Numbered from the stretch's first letter, positions 18,489-26,344 are shown. The stretch is 47,238 bases of DNA from a virus (IMGVR_UViG_3300029823_000002:1-47238), one strand, 5' to 3'. The notes: generated by a model from the sequence alone, not told the origin. Numbers and translations are program-made.

Positions 18489-19748
18489 TTATGCTCTTTT
18501 GTCAAGTTCGGCAAGAATATCTTCTTCGGTTGGAGGTTCAAGATGAGAAGGCCAGTCATCCCACAATATAGGGAATTCATCAGATCCACTGTTTCTTTCT
18601 CTGTATTCGTTGATTCTTTTGTGAATAATATCACAGTATTCCCGTTCCTTTTCAATTCCCATTGCCCTGAAATTCTCCATCAATCCAGCCAGTAAGGTTG
18701 TCCCGCTCCCGGCAAAAGGATCCAGGACTGTGCCACCTGGTGGCGTGATCAACCGGCATAGATAGCGCATCAGCCTGATCGGCTTGACTGTTGGATGGTT
18801 ATTCCCTGCGCCGCGCTCTTTTCCGGATGCCTTAGCAACATAAAAAAACCGTGACGCGCCGCCGCAATCGCTATATCCCTTGGTTATGCTATCGCCGTAT
18901 CCCCCATAACAATTAAAGTTAGGCCGATTTTTGACGTTGTTGTTATGCCGCAACCGTCCATTACTTTTACTTTCCCCGCTCTGTTCATCCAGCATCGCCG
19001 CCGCTGATTCGTCCAGCAGGATGTTGGCGGGGAATCGCCCTGCGTGATAGCTTTCTTGGCACTCCTTGTAAACTCCGTAAACATTGGGAAACTTAGCGCC
19101 GCCATGCGTCTTGATTGTTTCCGTCCCAATCCTGCATCCCTCCACATTGATCGCTCCGGTTCCCCATTTTAGCACATTGGCGGCCACTGTTTTTTCTGAC
19201 AGCGGCTTTCGCGCAAGACAGATCGGTTCGTTGGCGGGCTTGAGTGCTGTTCCCCAGCCGTCCCATTGCTCGGCCTCAGGAGTGGCGGGAAGTGTGATCG
19301 AGTTCTCGGCCTTGTATTCCCCGCCGCTTTGATTTTCATCATCGCTCATGTATCCTGCCTGGCCGCTTTTCCTGTATTTTCTTGTCCCTATGATCTCCCG
19401 CTCCGCGCCCAGCACCTTATCTATGGCCTTAGACACATTCAGCGACTTGGGAAATCCGCTGCCATAGAGCCATTGCAACTGATCCCGGATCTCCATCCCG
19501 GCATCCTCGATAGCGCAGGCCATCCGGTGATAGGTGCGTGTCCCGCCAAATGCCAGCATATGGCCGCCCGGTTTCAGGACGCGCAAAACCTCCCGCCATA
19601 ATTCAATGCTATAGGCAATTCCGCTTTTGTCCCATGATTTTCCCATAAATCCTAGTTCGTAAGGTGGATCAGTGACAACTGCATCAATGCTGCACTCCGG
19701 CAGTGTTCGCATGACTTCGATACAGTCTCCTTGTAGTAAGTCGATCAT
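18489..19748 (-). CDS. DNA N6-adenine/N4-cytosine methyltransferase (beta class)
   Basis: 'GDC', 'TDPPY', 'RVLKPGG', 'HPTVKP', 'VLDPFAGSGTT'. Confidence 0.92.
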   Translation of the reverse strand: MIDLLQGDCIEVMRTLPECSIDAVVTDPPYELGFMGKSWDKSGIAYSIELWREVLRVLKPGGHMLAFGGTRTYHRMACAIEDAGMEIRDQLQWLYGSGFPKSLNVSKAIDKVLGAEREIIGTRKYRKSGQAGYMSDDENQSGGEYKAENSITLPATPEAEQWDGWGTALKPANEPICLARKPLSEKTVAANVLKWGTGAINVEGCRIGTETIKTHGGAKFPNVYGVYKECQESYHAGRFPANILLDESAAAMLDEQSGESKSNGRLRHNNNVKNRPNFNCYGGYGDSITKGYSDCGGASRFFYVAKASGKERGAGNNHPTVKPIRLMRYLCRLITPPGGTVLDPFAGSGTTLLAGLMENFRAMGIEKEREYCDIIHKRINEYRERNSGSDEFPILWDDWPSHLEPPTEEDILAELDKRA

Positions 19749-19804
19749 GTTACCTCCAATAAAAAACACAGCATAAAGCTGTGCTGTTGGGAATCACTGT
19801 ATTC

Positions 19805-19942
19805 CGGATATTTTAAGGGCGGGTATAGGGGGTGACTATGGTTTCCAGCTATTGGAACTCGGATATTTCGGTGTCGGGTATAGGGGGTGACTAGTAATAT
19901 CATAGATACCGGGGTTCGGAGCCTCTACCCCCCCTACCCCCC
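19805..19942. repeat. Direct repeats and G/C tracts, candidate packaging/terminus region
   Basis: CGGATATTT-N6-CGGGTATAGGGGGTGACTA twice at a 55-bp period, then CTACCCCCCCTACCCCCC, in non-coding DNA at a strand switch. Confidence 0.5.
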
Positions 19943-20622
19943 AGCCGAAAAAGCTTCCTATTATATCCTGGCAGTCAACCAGTAAAACCCTCTCTATCAG
20001 CCCATATCCTAATAGGAAATGAGGCCAATCAGCAGCGAAACACAACCATAGCTGTGGAAAACTAAGCAAACACTTGAAATGAGTGGGCTTATTGACTGTC
20101 TTTAAAACCCCTGCTACAAACTGTTTGAGTGTCATTATTATGTATTGTAAACAAAGACCAGCTAGAAGGCTTAGGTAACTAGTTACATATTATTGATGGA
20201 ATGCAGTAATGACAAGGGTTTGGGGAGGGTGCCGAAAATTGGGCAGGTAAATACTTGACAAGGCCAACCACCCAACACAACCATAATTATTAAACACATC
20301 GTATCTTGCCCAACACAGTGTTGATTTTCTCAACCATTAAGTAATCCTTAATACTCTCCTATCATACGAACTGATTACATCTAATGCACTCAGCTAAATA
20401 TATGATAACGCTCACACTTAAGACAATCAGTAACAGCATTAACACTCCAAAGAAGATCCACCAAATGATCTCTAGTAATGATCTCCCTCTCATGTAATCT
20501 CTCTCCTTCTGACTCTCTATAGATTCTTTCTCTCCTGGCATTCTCTCCAGGTATTTTCCCTTCCATTTAATATGGCAATTCGCAGCGGCGAAATTTACCA
20601 AAAACATTTTATGAAATAGTAG

Positions 20623-20651
20623 TTGACATCTGCAATATGCTGTAGTAATAT
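20623..20651 (+). promoter_or_regulatory. Early promoter 1
   Basis: TTGACA-N17-TAATAT followed by GTAGACGA, which is shared with the promoter at 22873. Confidence 0.75.
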
Positions 20652-20687
20652 GTAGACGAGAGATAAAACTTGTGGGGGGAACGACGA

Positions 20688-20969
20688 ATGACAAAGGCCG
20701 AAAGAATTTTCATGAGAACTCATATAGATTGTGCGCTACACATAAAAGTGTGGGGGTACACTGAGAACGTAGGATTCAATGGAGTAACGGTAGGCGAGCA
20801 TGAATTAATTAGTACAAGAACCGTAAACGCTCTTAGAAAGATTCTGGAGTCAAGAAAGCGCTTACTGGAAACCGATCTGAAATTGAACGTGGTGAGTCCG
20901 GGAAAATACCAAGAGGAAAAGAACGTTTTGAGCATGGTGGAAGTTACGTTAAACAATACCAAATTCTAA
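20688..20969 (+). CDS. Early hypothetical protein
   Basis: First ORF after the promoter, GGGGG RBS. Confidence 0.65.
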   Translation: MTKAERIFMRTHIDCALHIKVWGYTENVGFNGVTVGEHELISTRTVNALRKILESRKRLLETDLKLNVVSPGKYQEEKNVLSMVEVTLNNTKF

Positions 20970-20970
20970 G

Positions 20971-21027
20971 CGCAGAGTGACGGGGAGCAATCCCCGGTAA
21001 TGCGGAGGGCCGGTCACAATCCCGGCC
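20971..21027 (+). ncRNA. Twister ribozyme (circularly permuted, P1 closed by a loop)
   Basis: CGCAGAGUGA-C-GGGGA(GCAA)UCCCC-G-G-UAAUGCG...GGCCGG-UCACAAUC-CCGGCC. P2 is CGCA/UGCG and pseudoknot T1 is GUGA/UCAC. Predicted cleavage U20998^A20999. Confidence 0.85.
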
Positions 21028-21046
21028 AAGAAGGAGGAAATGAAAA

Positions 21047-21409
21047 ATGACAATGGCTGAGAAGTTTATGATCGCTGTTCGGGAATATGTTGAGCGCACC
21101 AACGAAAAATCTTATGACGCTATATGGGAAGATGTTGGCTTTAGAGAAAACGAATGGTTATTCGATGCGAAAACCTTCGATGACGACATCCAACCCAAGG
21201 TTTACTTTACGGACGGAACTGCTATAGTATGGAATGAATACACAGAGCAATTCGAGTATGCTCGCGCTGGAGAGAGCACCCAAACCTTCATGCGGCTAAT
21301 CCATACTTTCCCTCAGTTTGCAGGAAAATTCGTATTTGATAATCCCACCGAAGACGATCTCAAAAAGGCAATGAAGCACATCATGCGGAAAATGATTAAT
21401 CAAAAGTAA
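21047..21409 (+). CDS. Early hypothetical protein (paralogue of 22924..23109)
   Basis: AGGAGG RBS, shares the MTMAE start and 'F.DG...VWN' with 22924..23109. Confidence 0.7.
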   Translation: MTMAEKFMIAVREYVERTNEKSYDAIWEDVGFRENEWLFDAKTFDDDIQPKVYFTDGTAIVWNEYTEQFEYARAGESTQTFMRLIHTFPQFAGKFVFDNPTEDDLKKAMKHIMRKMINQK

Positions 21410-21460
21410 TTTACCCTGTAGTCAGCGCATCTATATGGTGCGCTGGATAAAGGATAAATT
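21408..21460 (+). other. Long imperfect RNA hairpin (RNase III-type processing stem candidate)
   Basis: AATTTACCCT..CAGCGCATC / GGTGCGCTG..AGGATAAATT, no U-tail, fills the whole intergenic spacer. Confidence 0.5.
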
Positions 21461-21470
21461 GGAAGGAGGG

Positions 21471-21584
21471 ATGGCATTGAGGCGCATTATGGAGATCCTT
21501 AACACAGATGTTGATCATTGGATCTGCGGAATCAGTATCGGATTGGCTCTCACATTCATTTTTTTCGCCGCAAGTGCTATTTAA
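21471..21584 (+). CDS. Small membrane peptide (37 aa)
   Basis: AAGGAGG RBS, MALRRIMEILNTDVDHWICGISIGLALTFIFFAASAI. Confidence 0.6.
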   Translation: MALRRIMEILNTDVDHWICGISIGLALTFIFFAASAI

Positions 21585-21612
21585 AGCTAAGTATTATATG
21601 GGAGGTAGTAAA

Positions 21613-22851
21613 ATGAAGCATTACATCTTTAATCTCGAAACCACCAAGATCGAGCTACACTTTGAAAAATCCGAGTATAACGCCTTATCAGAAGCCCAAA
21701 AAGCCGAATTAAAAAGCGCATTTCTTTGGAGCAATTACGGTAAGTGCTGGGTCAGTCGGGCAAAAGAGCCAAACCTTTGGAGAGCAAAGGAAGTCGCTCG
21801 CAAGTTGGGATTCGCTGAGGAACAGCGCGAAGGCGAGAGAATCTCCTTCGCCGAACAGCAGAATCGGCAATCAGCACGCGCCGAATCTCGCGCCGACCGT
21901 TACGATGAGTATGCTTCAAACGCAGAGCGCCGCGCCCAAGTTCTCCAGAAGCCTATTAGCGATATGCGCGGAGACATTGCTTTTTTCACACAGCCGAACA
22001 TTAATAGTAGTTCTGGCCGTGCCTTTGCGAACCGCCGCGAAAGAATGTTTAATCAATATCGCAAGGGTTTCGAGGAATACCGCAAAAGTGACTATTTCAG
22101 ATCTCGCGCCGCAATCGCTCGCGAGACTGCCGATCAAGGCAAGTTTGAAGATGTCGCGTATCTTGATCGCCGCATTAAAGAGGTTCGCACAGAGATCAAA
22201 AAGCGCGAAAAGAACGTTATCCATTACGAGGATCAATTATATCGCATCGAGAACGGCGAAGCGCTCACGCGATACAACGGCGAACCCATAACAGCCGATG
22301 AGATCAATTCCTGGCTTGAACGCGAACTTGAATTAATCGAAGTTGCAATGGATAAAGAGGGTTATTTGCTAAACCGCCTTGATGAGTGCGGCGGGATTAA
22401 ATTTTCTCCGGAAAACATCAAGGTTGGTTACATTGTTGAAATCAAACGACATGATCAAGTCGAAGTGGTCAGCAAAGGCAAAATAAACTTTACCTATAAG
22501 ATCCTGGCTGGCGGCGCGGCTGGTATGGTTTTAACCGCCGCATATGCTGAAATCGTTAAGATTGTCAAAGCCGAAAACGCGAAATCAGAGATTGTCAACC
22601 CATTTGCAACCGGCGACATACTCACACTTAACCGCCCCGCCGATAACAGTATTTATCGGGCGTTTCAGGTTTTGAAATCCACTGAAAAAAGCATCCAGGT
22701 ACAAGAGGTTGAAGTTGTTAATGGCATGCCGCAGCCGGGGAAATTCCGTTCCGGTAGTAAATCCGAGCGCAAGGGCATCGTTAAAAGCAAATTCAGTGAT
22801 TATGTCGGCGCTTATTATGATGATCGGCAAATGCATAAATACATCGCCTAA
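21613..22851 (+). CDS. DUF3560-domain protein
   Basis: 'RAESRADRYDEYASNAERRA...I.F.QP' helical motif followed by SH3-like segments, GGAGG RBS before ATG 21613. Confidence 0.7.
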   Translation: MKHYIFNLETTKIELHFEKSEYNALSEAQKAELKSAFLWSNYGKCWVSRAKEPNLWRAKEVARKLGFAEEQREGERISFAEQQNRQSARAESRADRYDEYASNAERRAQVLQKPISDMRGDIAFFTQPNINSSSGRAFANRRERMFNQYRKGFEEYRKSDYFRSRAAIARETADQGKFEDVAYLDRRIKEVRTEIKKREKNVIHYEDQLYRIENGEALTRYNGEPITADEINSWLERELELIEVAMDKEGYLLNRLDECGGIKFSPENIKVGYIVEIKRHDQVEVVSKGKINFTYKILAGGAAGMVLTAAYAEIVKIVKAENAKSEIVNPFATGDILTLNRPADNSIYRAFQVLKSTEKSIQVQEVEVVNGMPQPGKFRSGSKSERKGIVKSKFSDYVGAYYDDRQMHKYIA

Positions 22852-22868
22852 TTAAAATCCTGTAAATA

Positions 22869-22901
22869 CTATTTGACAAGTAGAATATCATATGATAAGA
22901 T
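22869..22901 (+). promoter_or_regulatory. Early promoter 2 overlapped by operator CTATTTGACAAGTAG
   Basis: TTGACA-N17-TAAGAT-GTAGACGA, with the operator covering the -35 element. Confidence 0.75.
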
Positions 22902-22923
22902 GTAGACGAAAGGAGGGTTGAGC

Positions 22924-23109
22924 ATGACAATGGCTGAGAACTGGTTAACCTTTATACCTGCAACCGAAGAATATATCAAACAGCATAATATCCAATCCGC
23001 AGAAGATCCAATCTTGGCAAAGTATCCGCATACATCGTATGTGACCTTCGCGGACGGATCGCGTGTGGTGTGGAATAAGGATAGTCAAGCGTGGGAGTTA
23101 GTTAGATAA
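22924..23109 (+). CDS. Early hypothetical protein (paralogue of 21047..21409)
   Basis: AAGGAGG RBS, first 17 nt identical to the start of 21047. Confidence 0.65.
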   Translation: MTMAENWLTFIPATEEYIKQHNIQSAEDPILAKYPHTSYVTFADGSRVVWNKDSQAWELVR

Positions 23110-23111
23110 AT

Positions 23112-23165
23112 CGCAGAGGGAGCCACGGAGGGCTTAATGCGGCAGCCGGGTTCCCAATCCCCGGC
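23112..23165 (+). ncRNA. Twister ribozyme (circularly permuted)
   Basis: CGCAGAGGG-AGCC(ACGGAG)GGCU-UAAUGCG...GCCGGG-UUCCCAAUC-CCCGGC. T1 covaries to GGGA/UCCC. Predicted cleavage U23135^A23136. Confidence 0.82.
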
Positions 23166-23194
23166 AAAGGCCGAAATAAGAGGAGGAAAGAGAA

Positions 23195-23776
23195 ATGATT
23201 AAAACCAATGCCGAGGAAATCCGCGCAGAGTTTGCCCCATTGTACTTGCGTTATAGCGGCCAGACCAACCCGCAGCCCGCGCACATCGAGATCGACCCCG
23301 AAGAAAAAACCATTACCGCAGAAGCCAACCCCGAAATCGGTAACGCCGTCCCGATGAACGTCTGGCATGGCCGCGCCCATCGTGTCAACATCAGCCCGTA
23401 CTACACCGGCAAGCAAGTTGCCGAAATCCTTGAAAACGTCGACTTTCAGAACATGGTGCAGCGTGTTTTTGATGGCTATTCTTGCGCCTATGACGGCGGC
23501 AACCACAACGGCCGCCTCACCGACGATGCTAAAGCCGCCCTGGAGGAAATGGAGTGCTTTTTGCAGGAGATGGATCAATACCTGAACGTCTCCGATTCTG
23601 GCGTGTCCGTCTGCGCCCCAGAGGATTGGTTTAGCGAGCTGCCGGATCTCGCCGGGAAAAGCGATGAAGAACTTTCCTTGCTCGCCGATCAGTTCCGCAC
23701 GGAAGCCGAGTCCGACAATGTTTGCATTGATGGCGACATCCTTCGTTTTTTGAAGGACCGTCGGGACGGAATATAA
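23195..23776 (+). CDS. Acidic early hypothetical protein
   Basis: GAGGAGG RBS, 193 aa, GC-rich codon usage. Confidence 0.7.
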   Translation: MIKTNAEEIRAEFAPLYLRYSGQTNPQPAHIEIDPEEKTITAEANPEIGNAVPMNVWHGRAHRVNISPYYTGKQVAEILENVDFQNMVQRVFDGYSCAYDGGNHNGRLTDDAKAALEEMECFLQEMDQYLNVSDSGVSVCAPEDWFSELPDLAGKSDEELSLLADQFRTEAESDNVCIDGDILRFLKDRRDGI

Positions 23777-23853
23777 GGAAGCGCACAAGCGGCCACGGAC
23801 GGCCTTTCCTCTTCCCGAATCTCCGGGGCCGGAGCGCCCCCTGACCAAGGCAA

Positions 23854-23909
23854 AACCCCCAAACCGCCAGTAGCGCAATGCGCCGGACTTGGCCGGGCGG
23901 TGTGAGGGG
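23854..23909 (+). ncRNA. Unrecognised structured RNA motif, copy A
   Basis: AACCCCCAAACCGCC...GGCGGTGTGAGGGG stem enclosing internal hairpins. Confidence 0.5.
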
Positions 23910-23943
23910 AATAAAAAGAAAATGACGTGAGGAGGCGAGAACA

Positions 23944-24483
23944 ATGTTAGCGCATATCGTGCAGGAGTTTGCGGAGCATACTGGCGTTTCGGTGCGCATA
24001 CTCACCGAAGACCGGTATAACGCCGCATACTACGTCATGGATGGCGTTCCCGGGCACGTCATATGCATTAATGAGCGTTTCGCAGATGAGGCGAAGCGTG
24101 TGACGGCTTCGTGCCAGTGGAAGGAGCTGTTGGCCAAAAACACAGAAGTTTTGCGGATGCTCGGGGTAGCCCCCACCCCGAAAAATCTAATCCTGTGTAC
24201 CTTGCTTCACGAGTTGGGTCACAGGGTACATAACGCGCGGATCGGTAATGATGAGTATCTTCGTTGCCACGACGCGCACGCCGCAGCTTGTCAAAAGGCG
24301 CGCCAGGACGCTCTCGCAGGGCGGATCTCGGCGAGTACATATAAGTCCCACTATGGCGGCGGGTTGTTGGAGCGATACGCCAATGCGTTCGCTCGCACCC
24401 ACATCCGAAAAGTAGCCGCAGCGGACTGGGCGGATCTGGCCACGGTCTGCCAAGCGGCGAAATTAGCCGTTGATTGGTGGTAG
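23944..24483 (+). CDS. HExxH zinc metallopeptidase-like protein (ImmA/IrrE-like fold)
   Basis: 'ICIN', 'LLHELGHRVH', 'LERYANAFA'. Confidence 0.65.
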   Translation: MLAHIVQEFAEHTGVSVRILTEDRYNAAYYVMDGVPGHVICINERFADEAKRVTASCQWKELLAKNTEVLRMLGVAPTPKNLILCTLLHELGHRVHNARIGNDEYLRCHDAHAAACQKARQDALAGRISASTYKSHYGGGLLERYANAFARTHIRKVAAADWADLATVCQAAKLAVDWW

Positions 24484-24515
24484 AAGTCAGGAGACGGCTC
24501 TCTTGACTGGGACAG

Positions 24516-24580
24516 AACCCCCAAACCACGAGGCATGGCTGTGACGCTCAGCCCCGACCCAGTGGCGTGGTGTGAGGGGG
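24516..24580 (+). ncRNA. Unrecognised structured RNA motif, copy B
   Basis: AACCCCCAAACCACG...CGTGGTGTGAGGGGG with compensatory changes relative to copy A. Confidence 0.5.
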
Positions 24581-24604
24581 AAAAATGAAATTGGAGGGAC
24601 GAAA

Positions 24605-24790
24605 ATGAGTGGCAAGATAGTAATCGAATTCACGCCCGCAGAATTTGATCTAGTTGTTGCCGCCGCCGATGCGCTCATCACCGAGATGGGGATGCTTGGC
24701 GGCGATTCCCGAGCTGATGAAGCCATCGCGCTTCTGGATCGGCTTGAAAAAATGCAGTACGAAATGATGGAGGAGAAAGCCGATGATTAG
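24605..24790 (+). CDS. Small acidic protein
   Basis: GGAGGG RBS, 61 aa, strongly Asp/Glu-rich. Confidence 0.6.
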   Translation: MSGKIVIEFTPAEFDLVVAAADALITEMGMLGGDSRADEAIALLDRLEKMQYEMMEEKADD

Positions 24791-25118
24791 TTTGATCAAT
24801 CTCACACCCCATGCCATCAATTTGATGGCAGATGGGGAAGCCATCACCATTAAGCCATCTGGCATCATTGCCAGATGCACGACGGCTCGCGAGCAGGTTG
24901 ATTCAGTTGAAATTGATGGGGTTGTATTCCCCGTCAACGAAATCAAATTCGGTGAAGTGCAGGGGCTGCCTGCGCCGAAGCCGGACACCTTCTATGTCGT
25001 TTCGTCCCTGGTCGCTAATGCGGCCAAGTACCGGAAAGATCTTCTGACCGTCGATGAAGCGGTCAGGGATGGCAACGGTAATATTATCGGTGCGCGCGCG
25101 CTAGCTCGCACCAATTAA
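24783..25118 (+). CDS. NLTPH-motif protein, candidate Crn4-like ring nuclease
   Basis: 'INLTPH.I', 'PSG..AR', 'GLP.P....YVVS', 'R.DL', 'VRD..G.IIG' motif set. Confidence 0.5.
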   Translation: MISLINLTPHAINLMADGEAITIKPSGIIARCTTAREQVDSVEIDGVVFPVNEIKFGEVQGLPAPKPDTFYVVSSLVANAAKYRKDLLTVDEAVRDGNGNIIGARALARTN

Positions 25119-25129
25119 GGAGGGACAAC

Positions 25130-25408
25130 ATGCGTTTCTTATGCACAGTGCCTGTTGAGGGTACCGAGAGGCCGGGGATGTCTGCGAATGGCTATCCGGC
25201 AATCTTCTGCGACAAAGCGGAAGTATATGCCTATAGCGATGGCCGTCCGTGTAAAGTCAAAATATTGCAGGATCAGTTCCTGCACTACGACGCGGCTCGT
25301 TATCCCGAGGGGCATTTAGATGTTTGCCCCTATTGCGGAACGCCAAATTATCAGGACGGTGTTTCGCTCCGCAATGGGCATGACTGCTACTATTGTGGGA
25401 GCAACTAA
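25130..25408 (+). CDS. Zinc-ribbon protein
   Basis: CPYC...CYYC, AAGGAGG RBS. Confidence 0.65.
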   Translation: MRFLCTVPVEGTERPGMSANGYPAIFCDKAEVYAYSDGRPCKVKILQDQFLHYDAARYPEGHLDVCPYCGTPNYQDGVSLRNGHDCYYCGSN

Positions 25409-25423
25409 GCCCAAGGATGGGCT

Positions 25424-25474
25424 TTCTCCCCTTGTTAAGCCCTCCCTACATGAGAGGGTTTAAGAAAGGGAGAA
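25424..25474 (+). other. Long hairpin sequestering the RBS of the next gene
   Basis: TTCTCCC..TTAAGCCCTC / GAGGGTTTAA..GGGAGAA. Confidence 0.5.
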
Positions 25475-25478
25475 TAAA

Positions 25479-25652
25479 ATGAGGCGCGTTATCTATCCTT
25501 GCGTTTTTGATCTGGCAATGGTTAGCGTATACGATGTCGACCGAATCAACGCATACGGCGAAATGTACTGCGTGGCCGAAGGGATCCCGCCAGAAGAGGT
25601 TGATCAACGTTGGGATGAGTACGTCCAGCGCAGAACGCTTGACAGTGAATAA
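25479..25652 (+). CDS. Small hypothetical protein (57 aa)
   Basis: Own translation MRRVIYPCVFDLAMVSVYDVDRINAYGEMYCVAEG..., GGGAG RBS. Confidence 0.55.
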   Translation: MRRVIYPCVFDLAMVSVYDVDRINAYGEMYCVAEGIPPEEVDQRWDEYVQRRTLDSE

Positions 25653-25667
25653 TAGATGGTATATACT
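25639..25667 (+). promoter_or_regulatory. sigma-A promoter pointing antisense into the putative terS
   Basis: TTGACA-N17-TATACT. Confidence 0.6.
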
Positions 25668-25700
25668 ATCTGTGAGGGGTGATTTTCGGGAAAGGAGGGA

Positions 25701-26144
25701 TTAGGATGATTCCCCCGCCAATTCTTTCAGCTTAGTTAATAATTCCAGCGTTTTCTTGGCGAATTTCTTATCTTTCTTGTAAAGTTCAAACTTATCTGTT
25801 CCCGCCCAAATAGCTCTAAGGATTAAGGAGGTGTCATCAATTTCTGACAAGTTTTCGCTTTCGTCCTTTTTATCGAGAAGCCCACCAATACCGGCTAACA
25901 GCTTCTGAGACTGTGCGTTGCCATTTACCGCTGCGCTATGGATGGCGTTGAGTAGTTCAGCTTTTTTAGCTAAAGATAAGCTATGATTTTTTAACTGCTT
26001 GTCCGCATGTTCCGCGTATTCCGTGGATTTGCGGATTGTCCTCAGCCTTGAGTCACTTATTTCCAGCTTATCAGCAATCTTAGACAAGGATGTTCCGGAA
26101 AGCTCCAGGTCAACGATCTTTGGTATTAAATCAGTGTTTTCCAT
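25701..26144 (-). CDS. Putative terminase small subunit (HTH)
   Basis: N-terminal HTH 'SLSKIADKLEISDSRLRTIR' and 'LNAI..AA.NGN.Q..KL...IGG' pattern seen in Bacillota-phage small terminases. Confidence 0.55.
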   Translation of the reverse strand: MENTDLIPKIVDLELSGTSLSKIADKLEISDSRLRTIRKSTEYAEHADKQLKNHSLSLAKKAELLNAIHSAAVNGNAQSQKLLAGIGGLLDKKDESENLSEIDDTSLILRAIWAGTDKFELYKKDKKFAKKTLELLTKLKELAGESS

Positions 26145-26173
26145 GTAATCACATCCAGAGGGGGGTATTTAAA

Positions 26174-26332
26174 TTGCCAAAGACAACAACAATACGGATA
26201 ACTGCAAGGATGCACAAGGCGATGAAGGATCATTTAGAAAGGAGTTGCTGCCAGGGATACGGCGCAATGAAAGGATTCTTGGAAAAGGCTATTGAAAATC
26301 AGATAGCAAGAGAAGCCCCCCACAGGCAGTGA
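26174..26332 (+). CDS. Small ribbon-helix-helix-like protein
   Basis: GAGGGGG RBS before TTG, 'KTTTIRIT..MH..MK.H...FLEKAIENQ', followed by a terminator hairpin. Confidence 0.5.
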   Translation: MPKTTTIRITARMHKAMKDHLERSCCQGYGAMKGFLEKAIENQIAREAPHRQ

Positions 26333-26344
26333 GGGGCTTTTGCT

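Noticed and set aside
19836-20135. 99-aa ORF in the repeat/G-tract region
   Set aside because: No RBS, and the composition is dictated by DNA repeats
24713-24722. Hammerhead core CTGATGA
   Set aside because: Inside a CDS, with no flanking stems and GAAA arranged as a hammerhead
23102-24726. Long minus-strand ORFs (23102..23944, 24068..24529 and others)
   Set aside because: Shadow frames of GC-rich plus-strand genes that have strong RBSs, with no motifs of their own
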